This document shows, piece by piece, positions 7,970 to 16,128 of a DNA stretch of 32,000 bases. Each line of letters opens with the position of its first letter. The stretch's first letter is position 1. This DNA is from Geobacter sulfurreducens PCA (GTDB lineage: Bacteria > Desulfobacterota > Desulfuromonadia > Geobacterales > Geobacteraceae), in contig NC_002939.5 of the NCBI RefSeq assembly GCF_000007985.2, forward strand, positions 3,150,001-3,182,000. Direction: 5' to 3'. The translations under genes were made by a program, and so were the position numbers. A model generated the notes under the pieces. It ran no database searches, was not told the DNA's origin, and saw only the letters and a program-made list of their open reading frames with translations.

Positions 7970-10102
7970 TCAGTACCAGGTCTTCGAACCGTGGTTGTAG
8001 CTGCAGACCGTCCCGCAGGTGCGGGTGGTGGGGTTCCAGGTGGACAGCGTCACGTTGACCTTGGTGGCCCGGGTAGAGACGGTCGACGGCGTGTGGTTGC
8101 CCGGCCCGTGGGTGCCGTCGGTACGTCCGGTGCCGTAGGTTCCGTGACAGGTGCTGCAGGCCACCCGGTGGTCCGACTTGCCGTGCTGGCCGGCGATGTT
8201 CGGGAACGTGGAGCCGGTTGGGCGCCCCAGATTGACGCCGGTAGCGCCGGCGGTGCCGTGGCAGGAAGAGCAGTCGGCAACGCCGTAGGGGCTCTTCACC
8301 ACATGGCACGAACGGCAGTCTGGCGCCGTATAGTTGGGAGACGTCCCGGCCGGATAGGGGGCAGTTGCGCTGGCATTGGCGTGGCAGCCCGAACACTGGG
8401 CCGTGGTGGGGGCCGGCGACTTGTGGGTGTAGTAAGGAACCGCGTGGCCGCCCGAAGCCTCCACAACTCCGTTGATATGCTTCGATGCGTCGGTGAAGCC
8501 GGTGCCCGAGGCGTTCACGTGGGGGTGACAGCCGGTGCAGTCGGTGGCCACCTTGCCTGTATGAACGGAAGTTGCCGGCGGGAAGCCGTGGCAAGTGCCG
8601 CAACCGGTGAGAGTCGCTCCCCATACGGGGCTCTTTGTGGTGCCGCCCGTGAGGGTTGCGCCGTGGCAGTAAACAGTGGCGCAGGTCTTGGTTCCGGCTG
8701 TCCAGGTGGCCGTGGCCCCCACCCGAGCATTGGTGGTGTCCAGGTTCACATCAATGGCTCCATTGGTGTGGAGCGTCGATCCGGCCTTGATGGCGGTGCC
8801 CGTGGTCGTGGTGTTCGCGTGGCAGAGGGCACAGTCGGCGGCCGCGGCCACGTGCTTGGCGTGGCTGTTGGCCAGGGCCGTACCGGAGCCGCCGCTGGCG
8901 TAGTCGGGGGTACCGAGTGGGTTCAAGGTCCCGTGGCAGCCGTTGCACCCCATGGCCGCACCGGTCCAAGCGGGGGTTGGCGGCTGGGGAGCCGTGGCCT
9001 TGCCCGAGGAGTGACAGGTAGTGGCGGAACAGGTTTTGGCGGTGGCATTCCAGGTGCCGCCCCCCACAAAGGCGACCGTTTTGACGCCGTCAACGTGGGC
9101 AGCCACACCGGTAACCGCACGGTCATTGCCGGCGCTGACCGGTCCGTTGTGGCAGCGGGCGCATTCGATGGTGGTTCCGAGGACCGCTGCGGCGTTCACG
9201 TGCTGGGCGTGGAGCCCGGTGATGATGGGAGCGGCCGAAGCGGCGTTGCCCCCGTGGCAGCCGGTACAGTCGGCAGCAAGCGTCCCGCCCCAGGTGGCGG
9301 TGGCCCTGGCTGCGCCGCCGTTGCCGTCGCTGTGGCAGTACATGGCCGTGCAGGTGCCGTTGCGGTTGGCGGCGGTGGTCTGGCTCGGCAGGTAATTGGG
9401 ATAGTTCAGGTTGGCGGTCTTAGAGTAGGTTCCCGCCGTATTGGGTGCCGCGGTAAAACGGAGGATCAACCCGCGGTTGCCGGCGCTGGAGGCATGGGCA
9501 AAGGGCTTGGCCGCCGCCGCATGGTCCGGGTGACATTTCACGCAGGAACCGGTGCCGGTACCGTAGTAGTCACCATGCTTCCTGCCGGAGCCTGCCGTGG
9601 CCGCAGGATGGCTCCCATCGGCAGGGGGAAGCCCATGGCAGATGGAACAACCGGCGGGCACGGTGAGGGGACCGCTGCTCCAGACAGGGGTGGTCTTCTC
9701 GAAATGGCAGTTGACGTTGGAGCAGGTCCCCATGACCGGGTTGGAGGTCTGGTTGAAGAAGACCCCCTTGCCGTAGGTTGCTGCCAGAGGCGATGCATTG
9801 ATGTTCGACGCCATCTCGATGGTGCCGTTCATGTGGTCCATGGCGTAGGACCCGCTGCCGGTGTGGCAGACGGCGCAGGCTCCCGCCGGGGCTGTTGCGG
9901 GCTGATGGGTCTGATGGCTCCCCTTGAACCCGCCGGTAGTGATGTTGCGATAGGCCGCGTCTATGGGAGGCATGCCGTGGCAGTCGCTGCAGGTGGAGGC
10001 CGCAGCCGCCGTGTCCGCCAGGCCGACGGCAAGCATCAGGGCCAGTGCCCCGACAAACGCGCTGCCCACCCCTTTCCTGTCGCTCGTTGTATCGATCGCC
10101 AT
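7970..10102 (-). CDS. Multihaem c-type cytochrome, CxxxxCH...CxxCH-domain family (14 CxxCH + 4 CxxxxCH)
   Basis: ORF track 7970..10150, where the longest form starts at a TTG. The ATG at 10102 is preceded by GGAAAGGGAAAG and gives the signal peptide MAIDTTSDRKGVGSAFVGALALMLAVGLADTAAAAS. Hand count of sites: CSDCH, CAVCH, CSICH, CVKCH, CTGCH, CARCH, CNGCH, CALCH, CGTCH, CTGCH, CSGCH, CRSCH, CSSCH, CSTCH, plus CSNVNCH, CTAMYCH, CSATTCH and CATVYCH. Confidence 0.9.
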   Translation of the reverse strand: MAIDTTSDRKGVGSAFVGALALMLAVGLADTAAAASTCSDCHGMPPIDAAYRNITTGGFKGSHQTHQPATAPAGACAVCHTGSGSYAMDHMNGTIEMASNINASPLAATYGKGVFFNQTSNPVMGTCSNVNCHFEKTTPVWSSGPLTVPAGCSICHGLPPADGSHPAATAGSGRKHGDYYGTGTGSCVKCHPDHAAAAKPFAHASSAGNRGLILRFTAAPNTAGTYSKTANLNYPNYLPSQTTAANRNGTCTAMYCHSDGNGGAARATATWGGTLAADCTGCHGGNAASAAPIITGLHAQHVNAAAVLGTTIECARCHNGPVSAGNDRAVTGVAAHVDGVKTVAFVGGGTWNATAKTCSATTCHSSGKATAPQPPTPAWTGAAMGCNGCHGTLNPLGTPDYASGGSGTALANSHAKHVAAAADCALCHANTTTTGTAIKAGSTLHTNGAIDVNLDTTNARVGATATWTAGTKTCATVYCHGATLTGGTTKSPVWGATLTGCGTCHGFPPATSVHTGKVATDCTGCHPHVNASGTGFTDASKHINGVVEASGGHAVPYYTHKSPAPTTAQCSGCHANASATAPYPAGTSPNYTAPDCRSCHVVKSPYGVADCSSCHGTAGATGVNLGRPTGSTFPNIAGQHGKSDHRVACSTCHGTYGTGRTDGTHGPGNHTPSTVSTRATKVNVTLSTWNPTTRTCGTVCSYNHGSKTWY
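8931..9346. repeat. 416-bp near-identical direct repeat, copy 1 (inside cytochrome 7970..10102)
   Basis: Base-for-base match to 11776..12191 (offset 2845 bp) with one mismatch noticed (codon N versus D in HAQHV[N/D]AAA). The flanking homologous sequence is visibly more diverged at synonymous sites. Confidence 0.9.
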
Positions 10103-10217
10103 CGTCTTTCCCTTTCCGGCAGAACGGAACTGAAACGGACATTCCCTCAAGTGTAGCAGAACATTGTCCGGATGCCGGGCCGGGGGAAATGTTCCCTCCG
10201 GCCGGTGGCGAAGTTTT

Positions 10218-12926
10218 CTACCTGGAGGTGCTCCACTTCCTGGACGGCTTGAAGTGGCAGTTCACGTTGAAGCAGCTGCCGGTGGCGTTGGCACCGCCGT
10301 CAAGAAGCTTGCCGTCGTACTGCTGGGGTCCGAGCGGCAGACTATGGTTGAACTTGAGCCGGTCGCGGACATCCACGGTGATCTTGCTCGGGATTACCGG
10401 CAGGGCCATCTGGTGGGTGGCCGGGTTGAGCGCGCCGTTGCCGTGACACATGGTGCAGTTGGCCCAACCCTCCGCCGGGACTGCGGTTTTGGGAACGTGT
10501 TTGGCCACTACGTGAGCGCCGCCCCCCCCCGCATAGTCTTCAGGCTTGCCGGCCGCGTAGTTGCCCGTGCCGGTGACGAACCCGGCCGGGACCGGCGGGT
10601 AGCCGTGGCACGAGTCGCAGGCGGTGGCCGGCGCGAAGGCGTAGGCGCCACCCTTGTGACCGTGGCAGGAGAGGCAGTTTTTGGTCGGGTGTCCGTCCAT
10701 TGCCTGACCGGAGCGGAAGTGGCCGGTGGCGGTGTGGCACACCTGGCAGAGTCCGTCATAGGGAGCCACGGTCTTCACGAATCCGCTGGACAGGTTGGTG
10801 AAGGTGATGGTCTTGCCTCCGATGGAGGTGCGGACCATGGCCAGGTTCGTGGTGCCGTGGGGATCGTGGCACGATTTGCAGAGGCTCGTGGCCGCGCCCC
10901 CGGCGACGGTCACATGGGAAAGCACGTTCTGCTCGTTGGGGGTCGGCACCTTGGCCGGGTCATTATGGCACGAGGCGCACTGGGTGTTGTCGTTGGGGAG
11001 CGCGAGCCGCACGGCATCGCCCAGGACACCGGAAATATGGGCGCCATTGGCGTCGTGGCAGCTCTCGCAGGCACGACTGGCGTTGTAGGTGACGGCCGCC
11101 TGACCGTGGCCCCTGGTAGCGTAGTTGGCCTTGTAGGGGGCGGCCACGCCGTTGGCGAGAACCGACGGAGTCGCCGCATGGCACGAGGTGCAGGCGATGC
11201 GGGTGGTGCTGGTCCAGGCGGGGAGCGCACCGGGGTGGCATTTGACGCAGGCGCTGCCCGCGGCGTTCAGGACCTGGACAGTGCCGTCGGCGTGCTTCGC
11301 GTCGGGCTGGGTGGCGCTGTAGTCGTGGCAGCTCTGGCAGGCGGCCGTGGCCGTCCCCAGGTAGTTCCCGGGACCATAGGCGCGGGAGAGGTGGGTCGGG
11401 TGATTGAGGGTGGCGATGGGTGCAGCGCTCGTTACGCCGCCACCGTGGCAGCCCGTACAATCGGCCGGCAGGGTTCCGCCCCAGACCGGATTGGCGGTGC
11501 CGTGGCACGAAATATTGGAGCAGGTCTTGGTGGACGCGGCCCAGGTGGCGGTGGCGCCGGCCTGGGTATTGAAGTTCACGTTGATAACGCCGTTGGTATG
11601 AATCGTCGAGCCGGCTTTGATGGCAGTTCCGGTGGTGGAGGTATTGGCGTGGCAGACGCCGCAGTCGGCGGCGATGACCACGTGCTTGCGGTGGCTGTTG
11701 GCCAGGGGGAGGCCGGCGCCCGCGTTGGCGTAGTTGGGCTCGCCGGCGATGCTCGTGAAGGTGCCGCCGACGATACCGTGGCAGCCGTTGCACCCCATGG
11801 CCGCACCGGTCCAAGCGGGGGTTGGCGGCTGGGGAGCCGTGGCCTTGCCCGAGGAGTGACAGGTAGTGGCGGAACAGGTTTTGGCGGTGGCATTCCAGGT
11901 GCCGCCCCCCACAAAGGCGACCGTTTTGACGCCGTCAACGTGGGCAGCCACACCGGTAACCGCACGGTCATTGCCGGCGCTGACCGGTCCGTTGTGGCAG
12001 CGGGCGCATTCGATGGTGGTTCCGAGGACCGCTGCGGCGTCCACGTGCTGGGCGTGGAGCCCGGTGATGATGGGAGCGGCCGAAGCGGCGTTGCCCCCGT
12101 GGCAGCCGGTACAGTCGGCAGCAAGCGTCCCGCCCCAGGTGGCGGTGGCCCTGGCTGCGCCGCCGTTGCCGTCGCTGTGGCAGTACATGGCGGAGCATGA
12201 ACCGTCCCGCGCGGGATTGCGGCTCGGAAGGTAGTTGGGATAGGTAAGATTGGCCGTCTTGGAGTAGGTACCGCCGTTGTTGGGGGCCGCGGTGAAGCGG
12301 AGCGACAGGGGGCGCTTGCCGGCGCTCGTGGCATGGGCAAAGGGCTTGGCCTCCACCGTGTGATCCGGGTGGCACTTGACGCAGGAACCGGTGCCGGTGC
12401 CGTAGTAGTCGCCGTGCTTCTTGCCGGCGGCCAGAAGCGACGGGTGGCTGCCGGTGGCAGGGGCCGAGCCGTGGCAGACGCCGCAGTCCGTGGGGGAGAC
12501 GAGCTTGGCTCCCGCCCAGGTGGGGGTGGTCTTCTCGAAATGGCAGTTGACGTTGGAGCAGGTCCCCATGACCGGATTGGAGGTCTGGTTGAAGAAGACC
12601 CCCTTGCTGTAAGTCGCCGCCAGGGGAGATGCATTGATGTTGGAGGAGAGCTCCACCTTCTCGTTCATGTGGTCCGTGGCGAAGGTGGCGCTGCCGGCGT
12701 GGCAGACGGCACAGTCGGTGGCCGTGGCCGGCTGGTGGGTCTGGTGACTCCCCTTGAACCCGCCGGTGGTGATGTTGCGGTAGGCCGCATCGATGGGGGG
12801 CATGCCGTGGCAGTCAGTACAGGTGGAGGCGGCCCGGGCATGGCCGCCGAGAACGAGCGCCAGTGCCAGCGCCGCTACCGTCGAAACGATCCTTCTCACT
12901 GCAGTACTCCTTCCATTCACGTCCAT
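10218..12926 (-). CDS. Multihaem c-type cytochrome, CxxxxCH...CxxCH-domain family (19 CxxCH + 5 CxxxxCH)
   Basis: 902 aa with signal peptide MDVNGRSTAVRRIVSTVAALALALVLGGHARAAS. The N-terminal half is paralogous to 7970..10102 and the C-terminal ~440 aa is paralogous to 13002..16118. It ends in GSCFNVNCHFKPSRKWSTSR. Confidence 0.92.
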   Translation of the reverse strand: MDVNGRSTAVRRIVSTVAALALALVLGGHARAASTCTDCHGMPPIDAAYRNITTGGFKGSHQTHQPATATDCAVCHAGSATFATDHMNEKVELSSNINASPLAATYSKGVFFNQTSNPVMGTCSNVNCHFEKTTPTWAGAKLVSPTDCGVCHGSAPATGSHPSLLAAGKKHGDYYGTGTGSCVKCHPDHTVEAKPFAHATSAGKRPLSLRFTAAPNNGGTYSKTANLTYPNYLPSRNPARDGSCSAMYCHSDGNGGAARATATWGGTLAADCTGCHGGNAASAAPIITGLHAQHVDAAAVLGTTIECARCHNGPVSAGNDRAVTGVAAHVDGVKTVAFVGGGTWNATAKTCSATTCHSSGKATAPQPPTPAWTGAAMGCNGCHGIVGGTFTSIAGEPNYANAGAGLPLANSHRKHVVIAADCGVCHANTSTTGTAIKAGSTIHTNGVINVNFNTQAGATATWAASTKTCSNISCHGTANPVWGGTLPADCTGCHGGGVTSAAPIATLNHPTHLSRAYGPGNYLGTATAACQSCHDYSATQPDAKHADGTVQVLNAAGSACVKCHPGALPAWTSTTRIACTSCHAATPSVLANGVAAPYKANYATRGHGQAAVTYNASRACESCHDANGAHISGVLGDAVRLALPNDNTQCASCHNDPAKVPTPNEQNVLSHVTVAGGAATSLCKSCHDPHGTTNLAMVRTSIGGKTITFTNLSSGFVKTVAPYDGLCQVCHTATGHFRSGQAMDGHPTKNCLSCHGHKGGAYAFAPATACDSCHGYPPVPAGFVTGTGNYAAGKPEDYAGGGGAHVVAKHVPKTAVPAEGWANCTMCHGNGALNPATHQMALPVIPSKITVDVRDRLKFNHSLPLGPQQYDGKLLDGGANATGSCFNVNCHFKPSRKWSTSR
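11776..12191. repeat. 416-bp near-identical direct repeat, copy 2 (inside cytochrome 10218..12926)
   Basis: See 8931..9346. It encodes YCHSDGNGGAARATATWGGTLAADCTGCHGGNAASAAPIITGLHAQHV.AAAVLGTTIECARCHNGPVSAGNDRAVTGVAAHVDGVKTVAFVGGGTWNATAKTCSATTCHSSGKATAPQPPTPAWTGAAMGCNGCHG in both genes. Confidence 0.9.
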
Positions 12927-13001
12927 TGCGTCATCTCCGTGGCTCGGTCGGCTCGCTTTCGACCGGCCAGACTGCCGGACAACCCTGCGGCGCCAGGCCT
13001 G

Positions 13002-16000
13002 TTATTTCGTCGTGCTCCACTTCTTTGAGGGCTTGAAGTGGCACCGGACATTGAAGCAGCTGCCGGTGGCGTTGGCGCCGCTGTCCAGAAGCTTGCCCGA
13101 GTACTGCTGACCCCCCAGCGGCAGGGCATGGTTGAACTTGTACCGGTCGCTCGGGTCGATGGTTACCTTGCTTGGCGTAACCGGCAGGACCATGGTGTGG
13201 GTAGCCGGAGAAAGGGAACCGTTGCCGTGGCACGGGGTGCAGTTGGCCCAGCCCTCCACCGGCGAAGCCGTCTTCGGCACGTGCCTGGCCACCACGTGGG
13301 CGCCACCGCCCCCGGCGTAGTCTTCGGGCTTGCCGGCCGCGTAGTTGCCCGCGCCGGTAACAAACCCGGCCGGCACTGGCGGGTAGCCGTGGCACGAGTC
13401 GCAGGCACCGCCTCCCACCGGTTGGAAGGCGTAGCTCCCCTGATGGGAGTGGCAGGAGAGACAATTCTTGGTGGGATGCCCATCCAGGGCCTGGCCGGCA
13501 CGGAAGTGGCCGGTGGCGGTGTGGCAGACCTGACAAAGGCCGTCATAGGGGGACACTGTCTTCACAAACCCGCTGGACAGGTTGCTGAAGCTGATGGCCT
13601 TGCCACCGATGACCGTCCTGATCATGGCCAGGTTGGTGGTGCCGTGAACGTCGTGGCAGCTCGAACAGAGGCTCGTTGCCGCCCCGCCCTTGGCAGTCAC
13701 GTGCGTGGCAAGGTTACGCTTGGCCGCGGTCGGAACCTTGGCCGCATCGCCATGGCAGGAGGCACAAAGGGTATTGTTGTTGGGAAGGGTGAGCCGTGTT
13801 GCATCCCCCGAAACGCCGGAGATGTGGGGCGCATCGGGGTTATGGCAGCTTTCGCAGGCGCGGCTGGCGGCATAGGTGGCGGCGGGCTGTCCATGGCCGC
13901 TCACCGCGTAGCGGGCCTTGTAAGGAGCAGCCACGCCATTGATGATCGAGGGGACGGCGGCGTGACAGCTGGTGCAGGCGAACCGCGTCGCGACCGTCCA
14001 GGAAGCGCCCTGGGGATGGCAGCCGGTACAGGCAGAAGCCAGGAGATCGACAGAGCCGTTCACGTGCTTGGCCGTTGTGTAGTCATGGCACTTCTGGCAG
14101 GCGGTGAGCGAGGTACCGAGCTTGACCCCGTAAGCAGCCGAGAAGTGGGTGGTGTGAAGGCCCGTGGCAATGGTCTGGCTGCTGGTCGCCGCGATGGCGG
14201 GCGACGTGGCGTGGCAGGAGCCGCAGGTGCCCGTGGCGGGATTGGTCCAGACCGGCGTCGTGACCGGCGCCCCGGCGCTCCCCGAGGTGCCGCTGGAATG
14301 GCACCGGCTGGCGGAGCAGGATGCGGTGGCCGCGTTCCAGGAAGTGCCGGCGGCCAGCGGGTTCGTCGCGCTGAAGGAAACCGTTTTCACGCCGTCGGCG
14401 TGTCGGCTCCGGTCGGATATGGTGACGTTGTCGCTCACGGTTGCCGCATGACAGAGGGCACAGCCGTACCCTTTGGCCAGGTGTGCGGCGTGGGCGTTGG
14501 TGGCGGGCTGTGCCGCGTGGCACGATGCGCAGCCGGTGATGGTACCAGAACCGTTGGTCCAGGCCGGCACCGGTTTCAGGGCCAGGACCGGCGTGAGCGC
14601 GCTGTTGCGCGGGGCGCCGTCACTGTGACAGTAGATGGCGGAACAGGTGCGCGAAGCTGAGTTGTAAGCCGGTGCGGCGCCGGCCATGGCCGCCACGAGA
14701 CCTGCCGTATTCCTGAAAACATCCTGGAACGTGCCGGTGTTGTGGCTGTTCCCCTGGTGGCACTGGGCACAGCCGTAACCGTAGTCGGACCCACCTCCCG
14801 CGTGGCGCCGGTGGGGGGTGGCCGCCTCGCTGACGCCGGTGACCGCATAGCCGGCCGCGGCGCCGTCAGGACCGCCCGTGGCTGAGCTCCGGGGAGGATT
14901 GCCGTGACAAGAGGTGCAGCTGGCGCCGGCAGCGGAGAAGGCACCGGTACCATTCCCGTGAGAGTGGCAGGCCGCGCAGTCGGCCGCAGTGCCCGTGGCG
15001 AGTGCGTGCTCCGCCGGATAGCTGCCGCCGGTGGGGACAGGGTGGCATGCCTGGCAGATGCCGGTGCCGGCCGGATTCTTGTAGATACGGCGGGCTGCCG
15101 CGGTGTACTGGAGGAACACCATCCTGCCGCGCACGGCTCCGAACGAGGACGAGGCGTTGATGTAGCGGTTCACCAGGAAGACGTTGGGCACGGTGCCGTC
15201 CGCCAGGTCCACGTGGCCGCCGTGACAGTCGGCGCACTGGATGTTCTGCCCCTTGGCCCCGTGGTTCGGCAGCCGGTGGCAGTTGGTGCAGATGTTGACC
15301 GACGCGGCAGTGGCGCCCCTCAGGTCGGTCCGCAGGAGAAACCCGGCCGACGGGGTCAGCGTGCCGTGCCCCGAATGGTTGTCGAAGGTGGCGCTGTTGG
15401 AGTCGGCGTAGTGGACCCCGTGGCAGGTGGAGCAGAGGACCGCGCCGTTCGCGAGCTTCATGGCGGCCGTGGGGTTGGCCGGATTGGCATTGACCGGCGC
15501 CGGATGGAACCCGGCGGGGTCTTTTGCCGCTGCGGCCCCGTAGTTCACGTTCACCGGGTGGGTCCCCCGCGTGTGGTCCGACGTATTGCGTACCCGGTGG
15601 CAGTCCAGGCAAAGTTGATCCTGATCGTTGGCCCCCCGCAGGTAGGGGGGATAGGTGTTGTTGTGGGGATCGTGGCAGCGGGTGCAGGAGAGCGCGCCAG
15701 TCGTCGCGCCGGCCGTGAGCCCCGCCGAGAGCGGCGGCAGGGCGCCGGCGGGAAGCACCGTGTCGGAACCGGTCCAGGCATGGGAATTCTGGTAGATGAT
15801 GCCGCGGCGGGCTCCCGTGTACGTGCCGAAGGGGTTGGCCATGTCGTTCATGGTGAGGGGGCGGTTCCCACCCAAGGGTACGCCGGGCCGGTGGCAGGAA
15901 AGACAGATGTTGTTGTAGCCGGTGCTCCCCAGGGAGAGATGGGAGGAGTGGCAGGTGGAACAGGTAAAGCCGCTGACCGCGCCGTGGGGAGGATCAATGG

Positions 16001-16118
16001 CCCGGGCAGCCGCGACCAGAACCAGTGTCGCGGCCAGCGCCACGACACCGGCCTGCATCAGTTTCTCAACGAACGACTGCCGCCGGGGGCGAAGGTTGCC
16101 AAGATCACACCTGTTCAT
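13002..16118 (-). CDS. Multihaem c-type cytochrome (24 CxxCH + 3 CxxxxCH = 27 motifs)
   Basis: 1038 aa with an N-terminal hydrophobic signal (LMQAGVVALAATLVLVAAARA). The ATG at 16118 lies 10 nt after the stop of the upstream NHL gene and is preceded by GGGGGA. It ends in GSCFNVRCHFKPSKKWSTTK. Confidence 0.92.
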   Translation of the reverse strand: MNRCDLGNLRPRRQSFVEKLMQAGVVALAATLVLVAAARAIDPPHGAVSGFTCSTCHSSHLSLGSTGYNNICLSCHRPGVPLGGNRPLTMNDMANPFGTYTGARRGIIYQNSHAWTGSDTVLPAGALPPLSAGLTAGATTGALSCTRCHDPHNNTYPPYLRGANDQDQLCLDCHRVRNTSDHTRGTHPVNVNYGAAAAKDPAGFHPAPVNANPANPTAAMKLANGAVLCSTCHGVHYADSNSATFDNHSGHGTLTPSAGFLLRTDLRGATAASVNICTNCHRLPNHGAKGQNIQCADCHGGHVDLADGTVPNVFLVNRYINASSSFGAVRGRMVFLQYTAAARRIYKNPAGTGICQACHPVPTGGSYPAEHALATGTAADCAACHSHGNGTGAFSAAGASCTSCHGNPPRSSATGGPDGAAAGYAVTGVSEAATPHRRHAGGGSDYGYGCAQCHQGNSHNTGTFQDVFRNTAGLVAAMAGAAPAYNSASRTCSAIYCHSDGAPRNSALTPVLALKPVPAWTNGSGTITGCASCHAAQPATNAHAAHLAKGYGCALCHAATVSDNVTISDRSRHADGVKTVSFSATNPLAAGTSWNAATASCSASRCHSSGTSGSAGAPVTTPVWTNPATGTCGSCHATSPAIAATSSQTIATGLHTTHFSAAYGVKLGTSLTACQKCHDYTTAKHVNGSVDLLASACTGCHPQGASWTVATRFACTSCHAAVPSIINGVAAPYKARYAVSGHGQPAATYAASRACESCHNPDAPHISGVSGDATRLTLPNNNTLCASCHGDAAKVPTAAKRNLATHVTAKGGAATSLCSSCHDVHGTTNLAMIRTVIGGKAISFSNLSSGFVKTVSPYDGLCQVCHTATGHFRAGQALDGHPTKNCLSCHSHQGSYAFQPVGGGACDSCHGYPPVPAGFVTGAGNYAAGKPEDYAGGGGAHVVARHVPKTASPVEGWANCTPCHGNGSLSPATHTMVLPVTPSKVTIDPSDRYKFNHALPLGGQQYSGKLLDSGANATGSCFNVRCHFKPSKKWSTTK

Positions 16119-16128
16119 AGCGATCCCC

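Noticed and set aside
7853-10156. Very long plus-strand ORFs antisense to the cytochrome, NHL and biogenesis genes. Examples are 7853-10156, 10164-12200, 13038-14660, 14904-16172, 15922-17163, 19267-20538, 21228-22169, 22182-23183, 4485-5765, 5632-6510, 6507-7808 and 26692-27999.
   Set aside because: These are shadow ORFs typical of high-GC DNA. Their translations are low-complexity G/A/R/V/P-rich and lack motifs, signal peptides and SD sequences. The opposite strand encodes proteins with unmistakable family signatures (CxxCH arrays, the WWD motif, LeuB motifs and others).
10151-10217. Imperfect hairpins in the short gaps between the cytochrome genes (10151-10217 and 12927-13001), considered as terminators.
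   Set aside because: The stems are short or mismatched and have no U-tracts. The gaps (about 75-115 nt) are compatible with co-transcription.
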